Assembly (NCBI GenBank): GCA_050010515.1
Contig: JBEKKX010000018.1
Coordinates: 1 to 44,270 of the forward strand
Reading direction: 5' to 3'
Origin: Candidatus Bathyarchaeia archaeon
GTDB taxonomy: Archaea > Thermoproteota > Bathyarchaeia > Bathyarchaeales > Bathycorpusculaceae
DNA: 44,270 nucleotides
Made by a program: the position numbers and the translations under genes. The notes under the pieces are model-generated. The model ran no database searches. It was not told the origin of the DNA and saw only the letters and a list, made by a program, of their open reading frames with translations. This document shows positions 36,494-44,270 of this stretch, in pieces (positions within the stretch are counted from its first letter, which is position 1; each line of letters begins with the position of its first letter).

Positions 36494-36816
36494 GTAAGAG
36501 ACGGCAGGAGCAAGCTGAAGAAAATATTGATGGTATTTTGAAGGCTAAGGAGAAAGCTTTTGTCCTCTTTTATGCTTCATGGTGCCCATTTTCCCAAATG
36601 TTTGTACCAATATTTGAGGAGTACGCGAAAGCCAACCCGCATGAATGCATAAGCGTTGTAGTCGATGACAAACCAGACCTATGCGAGAAATACTCAATCG
36701 AATACTACCCTACCGTGCTTCTTTTCAAAAAAGGAAAGGTGCACAAAAGACTCGATGCCACGCCGGGAGCAGGATTAACAAAGAAGCAACTGGTAGAACT
36801 CACCAAAAATCCATAA
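36490..36816 (+). CDS. thioredoxin-fold protein with CxxS
   Basis: FYASWCPFS, YYPTV; start at the ATGA overlap with the CDGSH gene. Confidence 0.85.
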   Translation: MSKRRQEQAEENIDGILKAKEKAFVLFYASWCPFSQMFVPIFEEYAKANPHECISVVVDDKPDLCEKYSIEYYPTVLLFKKGKVHKRLDATPGAGLTKKQLVELTKNP

Positions 36817-37010
36817 ATCATGCGGTAGCCCAAAGCAGTCTCTTGAATTCCAAGCGTGCCCGCTACTTATTTTGGTGACCTGTTTGTACGATTACCAACG
36901 GCATTCATGGCTTAAAACGTTGAAAAAGCAAGTGTTATACCTACAATGCAGTGAAAGAAAGGTAAGTAAAAGTATAACCTGTATTTTTCTTGACCTTATT
37001 ATTTTGAGGT

Positions 37011-37763
37011 TTATTTCCATTTAGTCAGTATTTCTTCTCTTTGGAAGGTTGCTTTGCTTAGGTAGAACAGTGCGATGTCTGCGACGGCTAGTGCTGCGGA
37101 CACGATTAAGGCGAGCAGGCTAAGGGGGATTATTGTGATTTGATTTGCAAAAACCAACATGAGTATTATGGGGAGAATTACGAGTGTCCCTAGCTGCTGA
37201 GCTGCACGTATGTCGTTTACCTTGGAAGATATGATGACGTTGGCTTCGACACTTAAGACGCACGCTAAAGGCGCCATCACACCCAGTATTACTGCTGAAT
37301 CTGTGTTCGGAAGCAAGAAAAGCCCTAATTTAATGTAGGACCAAACGTCCATGATTGTTATGAATATCGCTGCGCCGATGTAAGTTACTCCCATGGTGGG
37401 GAGGAAGGTGGCTAAACTTTTGCCCAACAGCAGCTCGCCATCCGTCGTCGGAGTAGCCAATAAGGGTTCAAGGCTTTTTTCGATTTTTTCGCCTACAATA
37501 CTGTACGAACCTATTATCGAAGGGAGAACCACGGGTATAAGAACAAAATATATCGAGCCTTCGTTTGCGAGTATATTAGCAGCATTAATGAATTGAGCTT
37601 GTGTAAGCTGGGTCGCTTCGGCTCCTAAAGCATATATGAAAATAATCGGAAGCACCACACCCAAAATGAAGGGTAGGGAAACTAAGGAATAGAGGATGTA
37701 CTTGTTTTTCTTGAATACACTCAAGTCTTTTGAAGTTACTATCCATGACTTCCATAATCTCAT
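37011..37763 (-). CDS. ABC-2 type exporter permease
   Basis: SIVGEKIEKSLEPLLATP...LLGK; about 6 TM. Confidence 0.9.
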   Translation of the reverse strand: MRLWKSWIVTSKDLSVFKKNKYILYSLVSLPFILGVVLPIIFIYALGAEATQLTQAQFINAANILANEGSIYFVLIPVVLPSIIGSYSIVGEKIEKSLEPLLATPTTDGELLLGKSLATFLPTMGVTYIGAAIFITIMDVWSYIKLGLFLLPNTDSAVILGVMAPLACVLSVEANVIISSKVNDIRAAQQLGTLVILPIILMLVFANQITIIPLSLLALIVSAALAVADIALFYLSKATFQREEILTKWK

Positions 37764-38689
37764 TGCGCCGACGCCTCCCGAATCAATTTCAAGTAGACAT
37801 CTTCAAGCGTGGACCGCAACTCCGTGACATATTGGATGTTGCCGCCCGCCGCCACAATCGCCCGCACCAACTCGGGATTATCTCTCTCCGGATTATCCAT
37901 GTCAAGAATTAACTTGTTGTCGCTGGTTTTCAGGTTCTTCACTGCACTCAGCCCCCTAACGGCGGCTAAAACCTGGCTGGTGACACTTTCTAGGTGGACT
38001 ATGGTTTTTCGGTTGTATAGGCTGTGCTCTAAGTTTTTGGGTGAGTCAACCACGATTAGGCGAGTTTTCAGGATGCCGATGCGGTCGCAGAGCCGCTCCG
38101 CTTCATCTAGGTTGTGAGTGTTCAGGAAGATGGTGCGTTTCTCTTTTTTGAGGCCCAGAACAAAGTCCCGAACTGTTTTTGAGGCTTCAGGGTCCAAATT
38201 CGCTGTAGGTTCATCCAGAAACAACACTTGGGGGTCATGTATTAGGGCGCGGGCGATGGCGATTTTCTGTTTGGTGCCTTTCGAGAATGTGCCGACGGCG
38301 TCGTCTCTACGCTCCCAGATGCCCAGCAGCCGCAGCAGATGTTCAATGTTTTCTCGCCGTTTCGCTTCTGGGACCTCGTAGAGTTTTCCGTAAAAGTCAA
38401 GGTTGCGGTAGGCACTTAGGCTGTCGTATAAGCCGACGTTTTCGGGAAGTATGCCAACCATTTTTCTTATTTTGAGACAGTCAGCTTCGTTGTCAACGGC
38501 AAAGTCGCCTATGCGGGCATTGCCGCTGGTTTTGCCGATTAGACAGCAGAGCATGCGTACAGTGGTGGTTTTTCCTGCGCCGTTGGGTCCAAGAAAACCA
38601 AAAACCTCGCCTTCGTCCACGTGTAGGGTGACGTTATCTACAGCTGTTAGATTGCCAAATCTTCGGGTGAGATTCTCGGTGTCAATCAT
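37760..38689 (-). CDS. ABC exporter ATP-binding subunit
   Basis: GPNGAGKTT, FSKGTKQK, LFLDEPT. Confidence 0.95.
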   Translation of the reverse strand: MIDTENLTRRFGNLTAVDNVTLHVDEGEVFGFLGPNGAGKTTTVRMLCCLIGKTSGNARIGDFAVDNEADCLKIRKMVGILPENVGLYDSLSAYRNLDFYGKLYEVPEAKRRENIEHLLRLLGIWERRDDAVGTFSKGTKQKIAIARALIHDPQVLFLDEPTANLDPEASKTVRDFVLGLKKEKRTIFLNTHNLDEAERLCDRIGILKTRLIVVDSPKNLEHSLYNRKTIVHLESVTSQVLAAVRGLSAVKNLKTSDNKLILDMDNPERDNPELVRAIVAAGGNIQYVTELRSTLEDVYLKLIREASAQ

Positions 38690-38717
38690 GCCATGCGCTG
38701 TCCAATATCATTTGAGT

Positions 38718-38984
38718 TTAGGCTTTTTCGTATTTGGATTCTTCAATGCGTTTCTTTTCTTGTTCTTCCCCGGTTAGTTGAGGTTCAGTGGTTTGCTGTT
38801 CTTGTTTCTTTTCTTGTGGAGACCAAGTGATTGGATCTTTGACCGAGGAGAGTAAGTTAAAGAAGCTGCTTTTCCCACAGGCTGGACATTGGTATCGTCT
38901 GTAAGGTCCAAGACGGATTGAATCAACTGGTCTATAACTTTTTTCGAAGACGTTTCCGCATTTCTTACACTTAAGACGCGCCAT
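38718..38984 (-). CDS. 88-aa zinc-ribbon protein, copy 1
   Basis: CKKC...CPAC; paralog of 40018-40284. Confidence 0.8.
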   Translation of the reverse strand: MARLKCKKCGNVFEKSYRPVDSIRLGPYRRYQCPACGKSSFFNLLSSVKDPITWSPQEKKQEQQTTEPQLTGEEQEKKRIEESKYEKA

Positions 38985-39108
38985 CGCAATCATCTGCAAT
39001 TAGAAGTTTTTGGTCTGCCTTAAAAAATGTTCTATCTAAAAAAAATGCGATTTAATCATGGGAAAGCTTAAGTATTAAATTGAATATTTTTAATACAGGT
39101 AATGGTAG

Positions 39109-39417
39109 ATGCCTGTTACGTTTACAACTAGAGTTGAAGAAGACCTCGCCAAAGTCATAGATGAAGTTTCTAAGGAAGAAGGAATGGACAGATCCACCGT
39201 TATACGACGATTCCTCATGAAAGCCGCGAAAGAATGGCTAATCGAAAAAAGCTTAGAAGACTATGAAGAAGGCAAAATTACCCTCTGGCAAGCCGCCGAA
39301 AAATGCAGCTTATCCCTTTGGGAGATGATTATAGAGGCAAAGAAAAGAGAAATTCATGTTCCTTACACCTTGGAGGCTTTTAGGGAAGACTTGAAAGGGT
39401 TAAGGAAGGCTTCCTAG
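39109..39417 (+). CDS. RHH + UPF0175-like antitoxin
   Basis: FTTRVEEDL...DRSTVIR; YEEGKITLWQAAE. Confidence 0.85.
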   Translation: MPVTFTTRVEEDLAKVIDEVSKEEGMDRSTVIRRFLMKAAKEWLIEKSLEDYEEGKITLWQAAEKCSLSLWEMIIEAKKREIHVPYTLEAFREDLKGLRKAS

Positions 39418-39930
39418 GTGCGTGGCGTCGTCTCCAACGCAACTCCCCTGATTTACTTGGCCAAGGCTGGCAAAATCGACCTTCTGAAAACAGCTTTCGA
39501 ACAGGTGTTTATCCCTGAGGATGTCAAACGGGAAGTTGTTGATAAGGGAAAGCTGCTAGGAGAGAAAGACGCATATGTCGTTGAAAGTGCCATCGCTGAA
39601 GGCTGGATTAAGGTGTTAGCGGCTGACCCTGTAGAGATGCCGATAATGCTGGACAAGGGAGAAGAGGCGGTGTTGTCGCTTGCAAAACAACTGGGGTTGG
39701 AAGTTGTGCTTGTGGATGAGGTTTCGGCGCGGTCAGCGGCTAAGCTTCTTGGTTTAACGCCTCGAGGAACTTTATTCGTCTTGCTGATGGCTCTTAAGAA
39801 AAAGGAAATTGATTTGGATGAATTCCTCGAAACTCTCGATCAGTTGATAAGTCAAGGTTTCAGGTTGAAGGAAGAAGTTTACGTTGAAACTATTAAAGAG
39901 GCAAGAAGAATAGCGGCACCAGAAAAGTGA
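39418..39930 (+). CDS. PIN-domain protein, DUF3368-like toxin
   Basis: VVSNATPLIYL, LDKGE..VL.LA, VLVDE, GTL.VL, GFRL. Confidence 0.88.
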   Translation: MRGVVSNATPLIYLAKAGKIDLLKTAFEQVFIPEDVKREVVDKGKLLGEKDAYVVESAIAEGWIKVLAADPVEMPIMLDKGEEAVLSLAKQLGLEVVLVDEVSARSAAKLLGLTPRGTLFVLLMALKKKEIDLDEFLETLDQLISQGFRLKEEVYVETIKEARRIAAPEK

Positions 39931-40017
39931 CATGCTCAACCAGCATTTTTTAAGCCTATGCTCTTAGAAAGGTATGAAGACAAAAGGCTACTTTCGCCAT
40001 TTTCCCAAACTAATTTT

Positions 40018-40284
40018 TTAGGGTTTTTCGTATTTGGATTCTTCAATACGCTTCTTTTCCAGTTCTTCCTCAGTTAACTGGGGTGGGGCAACCTGCTCTT
40101 GCTGTTTTCCTTCTGGAGACCAAGTTACCGGATCTTTCACTGATGAATAGGTGTTGAGCCAACTGCTTTTCCCACATGCTGGGCACTGGACTCGTTTGAT
40201 AGGTCCAAGATGCACCAATGAATCCAACGGTTTGTAAGTGTATTCGAAGACGTTTCCACATTTCATGCATTTTAGCCTAGCCAT
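40018..40284 (-). CDS. 88-aa zinc-ribbon protein, copy 2
   Basis: CMKC...CPAC; shares CPACGKSS, SSVKDP.TWSP and EKKRIEESKYEK with copy 1. Confidence 0.8.
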   Translation of the reverse strand: MARLKCMKCGNVFEYTYKPLDSLVHLGPIKRVQCPACGKSSWLNTYSSVKDPVTWSPEGKQQEQVAPPQLTEEELEKKRIEESKYEKP

Positions 40285-40410
40285 ACATGACCGTCTAAGT
40301 CCAATTGCTTATATTAGTTAGATTAAAAGTTTGCCTAAAAAGAATGTTTTTTACACGATATATTGACCATTAATGAACCTGAGCATTTTTATGATTTTAA
40401 ATTTTAAGGT

Positions 40411-40536
40411 GCCGTTTGGCAGACTACTCTAACTGCCTGAAAGGATGCCCAGAAATACACATTTGGGAGCCTAAGCCCCATAGTGCAGATTTGGGACAGA
40501 GCCATATCTTGGCAGCAGGTTTATCTGCCAAACGAC
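40411..40536. ncRNA. candidate structured RNA or MITE-like element
   Basis: 11-bp terminal stem CGTTTGGCAGA/TCTGCCAAACG with nested stems; GC-richer than its flanks. Confidence 0.4.
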
Positions 40537-40667
40537 TCGTTACGTTCGTCGACAATATCCTACGTGATTAATAGGAAAATAAGAATTTGTGGTAGTGTCA
40601 TAGCAGTCACAAGCAACCTGCAAGCTTTCGCTGCCTAGATTTAACTATAAATAAGTGAGCTATAGTT

Positions 40668-41024
40668 TTGTTAACGCTTGAGGCGAAACCGAAGTTGAAT
40701 TTGGAAGAGATGAAGAAGCAAATAGAATCTCTTGTAATTGCCAAAGGATTTTACAATAAGCCTGAAGACATTCCAAAGAAACTGCTTTTTGCCTTCATAG
40801 AGCTAGGCGAAGCCAGCGATGCTTGGAAAAAAGGATTACCTGAAGAGAAAATAGCTGAAGAACTAATCGACGTGATGTTTTATGTTTTAGATGCAAGCCG
40901 CTTAGCTTGTCCAAACATGAACCTGGACGAAGTTTTCCAAAGAAAACTCGAGAAAAACTTCAACCGTTCTTTCCAGTATGGAGAAGGCCACCGCAATAAA
41001 CAGCCAGAAGAAAACAAAAAGTAA
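40668..41024 (+). CDS. MazG-like NTP pyrophosphohydrolase
   Basis: IELGEASDAW...AEELIDVMFY...KLEKN. Confidence 0.82.
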   Translation: MLTLEAKPKLNLEEMKKQIESLVIAKGFYNKPEDIPKKLLFAFIELGEASDAWKKGLPEEKIAEELIDVMFYVLDASRLACPNMNLDEVFQRKLEKNFNRSFQYGEGHRNKQPEENKK

Positions 41025-41074
41025 CTGCCGAAGTTTTTATTGCACCTTCTTTAAGTTATAGTTGTTGAATAAAA

Positions 41075-41497
41075 GTGGACTTTACCTATCCTGTTGACCT
41101 ACAGTTCGACTGCAATAGATGTGGTTTATGCTGCGGTGACACTAAACAAAAAACTAGGCATATTCTCCTCTTAGAAGCTGAAGCCAAAAAGATTGCTTCA
41201 CATACTTCCCGGCTCATACCTGATTTTTCAGGGGAAATTAAGGATAAGCTTCCTTACGTTTATGAAATGAAAAAGACAAGTGAAGGTAAATGCGTCTACT
41301 TAAAAGATAACCAATGCAGCATTTACCCGTTAAGACCATTAATCTGCATGTTTTATCCCTTTGAGTTAAAATTCGATGAGAAGAAAGGGTTGCATAATTT
41401 TGATTTTACGCTTGAGTGCCCAGGAATAAATCAAGGCAAAGTTTTTCATAAAAAAGATTTTAAAAAATTGTTTGAGTTGGCACAAGGAAGCTTATGA
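41075..41497 (+). CDS. YkgJ-family cysteine cluster protein
   Basis: CNRCGLCC, CVYL...CSIY..RPLICMFYPF, CPG. Confidence 0.9.
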   Translation: MDFTYPVDLQFDCNRCGLCCGDTKQKTRHILLLEAEAKKIASHTSRLIPDFSGEIKDKLPYVYEMKKTSEGKCVYLKDNQCSIYPLRPLICMFYPFELKFDEKKGLHNFDFTLECPGINQGKVFHKKDFKKLFELAQGSL

Positions 41498-41508
41498 TGA
41501 AGCCATTA

Positions 41509-41973
41509 CTAGAGTTGTTGGAGAACATCGGCCTGTTCTAAAATGATGCCGCAATAATGGCATTTCAACGATAAAGGTTCCTCGTTCTTAACGTAAAATT
41601 TTGAGACTACTGGTTCATCGCTGTTACTTATACAACACGGATTTACGCATTTAACTATGCCTTCAATAGCATTCGGCAACTTAACTTCCAGCTTTTCAAC
41701 AACCTTGTAATTATGAATAATGTTGATTGATGCGTGAGGAGCCACCAAAGCAATCCTGTTAACTTCCTGCGAGTTAAGTGCTCGACCCTCAAACTTCACA
41801 ATGTCCTTAACTCCGAAACGTTTGCTTGGAACATTAATGGCAATAGTAATTACCCGTTTTTCCTTGCCTGTTATCCCTAAAATCTTGATGACATCCAACG
41901 CGTATCCGCCTCTAATGTGATCGATGACTGTGCCGTCTTTGATTTTTGACACCCGCAGTTCCATTTCACCCAT
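41509..41973 (-). CDS. pyrI: aspartate carbamoyltransferase regulatory subunit
   Basis: VSKIKDGTVIDHI, KDIVK, CVNPCCIS, CHYC. Confidence 0.96.
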   Translation of the reverse strand: MGEMELRVSKIKDGTVIDHIRGGYALDVIKILGITGKEKRVITIAINVPSKRFGVKDIVKFEGRALNSQEVNRIALVAPHASINIIHNYKVVEKLEVKLPNAIEGIVKCVNPCCISNSDEPVVSKFYVKNEEPLSLKCHYCGIILEQADVLQQL

Positions 41974-42044
41974 GTGAATCCTGTCCAGTAGAGACTATTA
42001 CATCTGGCACCAAATAAGATTTTACATTAAAAATGAGGGGAATA

Positions 42045-42767
42045 CTATAGGTGAGATGAACGCAGGTCAATGACGGTTGTACCGGCAAACTTATCAAAGT
42101 ACCTCATGAATGTAGGATTTTTCAGTCGCCACCCAATAATTAAGTCAAAGGGCAACAGAGGCAAAATTTTCCCAAAGTTCCTTACTGCTGCATGGTCATA
42201 GAACATTTTCTTCCCATCAGTCCTAACGACCTTCAAACCCATAATACGCTTGCCTATGGTTTGACTGTTAAATCCTTCAAGCAAAGTAGAATAAAGCCAA
42301 AGAAGACCCACAGTAATGAAAAGCACTGTGCTGGTTAATGCAGCGAAAAAGGTTGCCGAAGACATAGAAATGACTTGGGGCAGAAAAATAATTGCCATCG
42401 TGATTGCAAGTATTAACGCAAAATCAATTACGTAAGCTACAATTCTGTTTTTTAGAGAAGCAAGCGGAAGCTGGCTTTCTTTTCTTTGTACATCCGCTAC
42501 TTCTGCCCAGCCTTCGACGTCATGTATAACTCTTACTGCGCTTTCACCAGCCCTGCTTAATTTGTACTTGCCCGTAGGGGTTTGCTCTATGAAAATCTCT
42601 AACGAGCGAAGGTGAAAACTTAATTTTCCAGTATCAACTTTTAGCAGGTTCAGCAGGTCAGTGAAGGATGACTCGCCTTTTTCGCTCAGGTTCAGCAGTA
42701 TTTCTCTTCGCAAAGGATGCGAAAGGATCGAAAGTATCTTGGAAATATTTTCTTGATCTACTGCCAT
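42045..42767 (-). CDS. ArsR-like HTH fused to an RDD membrane domain
   Basis: LSHPLRREIL...GKLSFHL; RIVAYVID...QTIGKRIMGLKVV...DKFAGTTV. Confidence 0.88.
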   Translation of the reverse strand: MAVDQENISKILSILSHPLRREILLNLSEKGESSFTDLLNLLKVDTGKLSFHLRSLEIFIEQTPTGKYKLSRAGESAVRVIHDVEGWAEVADVQRKESQLPLASLKNRIVAYVIDFALILAITMAIIFLPQVISMSSATFFAALTSTVLFITVGLLWLYSTLLEGFNSQTIGKRIMGLKVVRTDGKKMFYDHAAVRNFGKILPLLPFDLIIGWRLKNPTFMRYFDKFAGTTVIDLRSSHL

Positions 42768-42928
42768 GTTTCAAAACCTAACTTACGTTAAACATCTGTT
42801 AATTATGGGCGATTTTGGTATATTTAACCGTATTCTTACAGTACTGCCATATAAGTCCAACCCAAAAAACTCGGTTAATGTTACGGAAAACATAGTGTTT
42901 ATAGTGAAAAGCAACCTATATCATACGT

Positions 42929-43828
42929 GTGTCAAGCGCTGAAGTAGCAGTCAAAGTATTCCGACAACTTGAAAGCGAAGATTTCAGAATACTCCACATT
43001 ATCGAGGCTGCTATGAGCAAACGCGAATTTGTACCAGTAGAGCAGATACAAAAATACGCAAAACTGCCAATGGAGCGTATAGAATTTACTTTGGGCAAGC
43101 TAAACAAGATAGGATTAATTTACCGAACAAAAGGAGCTTACGTTGGACACACCTTAAACTATGCAGGCTACGATTGCCTAGCGATAAATACCCTTGTCAA
43201 AGCAGGAGTAATTGACTCGTTTGGGCAATCTCTAGGCGTTGGAAAAGAAGCGGATGTTTATGACGCATTAAGCCCCGACGGCAAACGTATAGCCGTAAAA
43301 TTTCACAGGCTAGGAAGAATAAGCTTTAGGCAAACAAGAAGAAAAAGAGGCTACATACGCGAGCATTCCACATGGCTTTTCCAATCGCATGTATCAGCAG
43401 AAAAAGAGTTCCAAGCAATGCAACTTGTTTACAAAAACGGCGTTTCAGTCCCAGAGCCAATAAGCCAAAACAGACACGTTATTGCCATGGGAATGATTGA
43501 AGGTGCAGAATTATCCAAATATAAAGAGATTCAAAAGCCTGAAAAAATCCTAAAAGAAATATTGCGCAATGTAAGAAAAGCGTACTTGAAAGCGCACATT
43601 ATTCACGCAGACCTCAGCGAATACAACATCATCCTAAAACCTGATGGGCATATCCTCATTATTGACTGGCCACAATACGTAATGTCTGACCATGCAAACG
43701 CGGAGGAATTGCTTGAGCGAGACCTCAAAAACGTACTTACTTTTTTCAACCGCAAGTTTAATGTAAAAGTGGCTATTGAGGATGCCTGCGATTACGTGAC
43801 TGGGAAAACCAGAAGTTTGGCTATTTAA
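42929..43828 (+). CDS. rio2: RIO2 serine/threonine kinase
   Basis: wHTH N-terminus, GVGKEADVY, KFHRLGRISF, HADLSEYN, IDWPQ. Confidence 0.95.
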   Translation: MSSAEVAVKVFRQLESEDFRILHIIEAAMSKREFVPVEQIQKYAKLPMERIEFTLGKLNKIGLIYRTKGAYVGHTLNYAGYDCLAINTLVKAGVIDSFGQSLGVGKEADVYDALSPDGKRIAVKFHRLGRISFRQTRRKRGYIREHSTWLFQSHVSAEKEFQAMQLVYKNGVSVPEPISQNRHVIAMGMIEGAELSKYKEIQKPEKILKEILRNVRKAYLKAHIIHADLSEYNIILKPDGHILIIDWPQYVMSDHANAEELLERDLKNVLTFFNRKFNVKVAIEDACDYVTGKTRSLAI

Positions 43829-44067
43829 TGCTTATCGGCGTCTAGTACAATGTAGAGGACGTTGTTTCCGCGAAGCAGCACATTGCCGTAGTTTGTCATT
43901 AATTGGTCGTCTTTGGATTCATTTGCACCTTCAAGAAGAATGTTCATGTGCCCATCACATTTTATCATTTTTCCCTTATAGTCGAAACCGTTTTTAAGAA
44001 TGACTTCAATATTTCCATGCAACTGTTTTATGAGAACATTCAACGGTTTTTTACTTGGTTCCATCAT
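43825..44067 (-). CDS. Sm-like (Lsm/SmAP) RNA-binding protein
   Basis: KPL..L, LKNG..Y.G.M..CDGHMNILL, LRGNNVLYI. Confidence 0.93.
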   Translation of the reverse strand: MMEPSKKPLNVLIKQLHGNIEVILKNGFDYKGKMIKCDGHMNILLEGANESKDDQLMTNYGNVLLRGNNVLYIVLDADKH

Positions 44068-44145
44068 ATTATCGTGTTCCTAATGGATTTCTTGTAATAA
44101 CCAAGAACCCATGACCCAATATAAAAGTCTTATGAAACATGGTTC

Positions 44146-44270
44146 TGTTGTTCTATCTAGAAAATGGGCTACACTTTGTCTTTGAGGTATATTTCTGCTG
44201 GAGTTAAATAGCCTATTCCCTCATGCGGTCTAGTGTAGTTGTAGTAGCGTATGAAGCTCCAATGTTCCTT
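44146..44270 (-). mobile_element. end of an IS481-like element; transposase C-terminus at 44169-44270 (partial)
   Basis: ...FIRYYNYTRPHEGIGYLTPAEIY matches the rve integrase-core tail; putative terminal IR starting TGTTG at 44146. Confidence 0.75.

Noticed and set aside
40411-40536. 5S rRNA
   Set aside because: Size and closing stem fit, but the conserved 5S loop sequences (e.g. CCGAAC) are absent on both strands.
1-44270. CRISPR array or cas genes
   Set aside because: No regularly spaced 25-40 bp repeats and no Cas motifs; the only 31-bp repeat has two copies 221 bp apart and behaves as a promoter.

Overview
Archaeal chromosomal window, most likely Bathyarchaeia (inference from gene content: RIO2, Lsm, MptA/RFA-P synthase, TATA-box promoters, a BHB-type tRNA intron and the style of the integrase remnants). 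1-14.3 kb is a patchwork accessory region: small membrane/exported proteins, a PD-(D/E)XK-like nuclease, a stand-alone CHAT protease, a compact Mre11/Rad50 pair, a pterin/methanopterin cluster, surface proteins and a CBS protein. Its gene boundaries are repeatedly marked by the palindrome AGCGCGCT/GCGCGC, and several genes are truncated exactly at it. The region ends at an integrase C-terminal remnant, tRNA-His and an intron-containing tRNA-Leu(CAG). 14.6-20.9 kb holds a leuS remnant, an atypical prenyltransferase + micro-ORF + MFS + radical SAM/SPASM cluster, a receiver protein, and an integrase remnant at tRNA-Pro. 21-30.5 kb is a kdpABC locus with no kdpDE in the window. It has three HTH-less Lrp/AsnC-domain proteins, two unannotated paralogous 32-aa membrane peptides, an APC permease and five promoters sharing one operator at fixed spacing from the TATA box. 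30.7-44.3 kb holds two PIN-type TA pairs, Pit/DUF47, Lrp, a B12 radical SAM, CDGSH, thioredoxin, an ABC exporter, duplicated Zn-ribbon genes, a candidate structured RNA, housekeeping genes and the end of an IS481-like element. All calls are by-eye motif recognition; no database searches were run.
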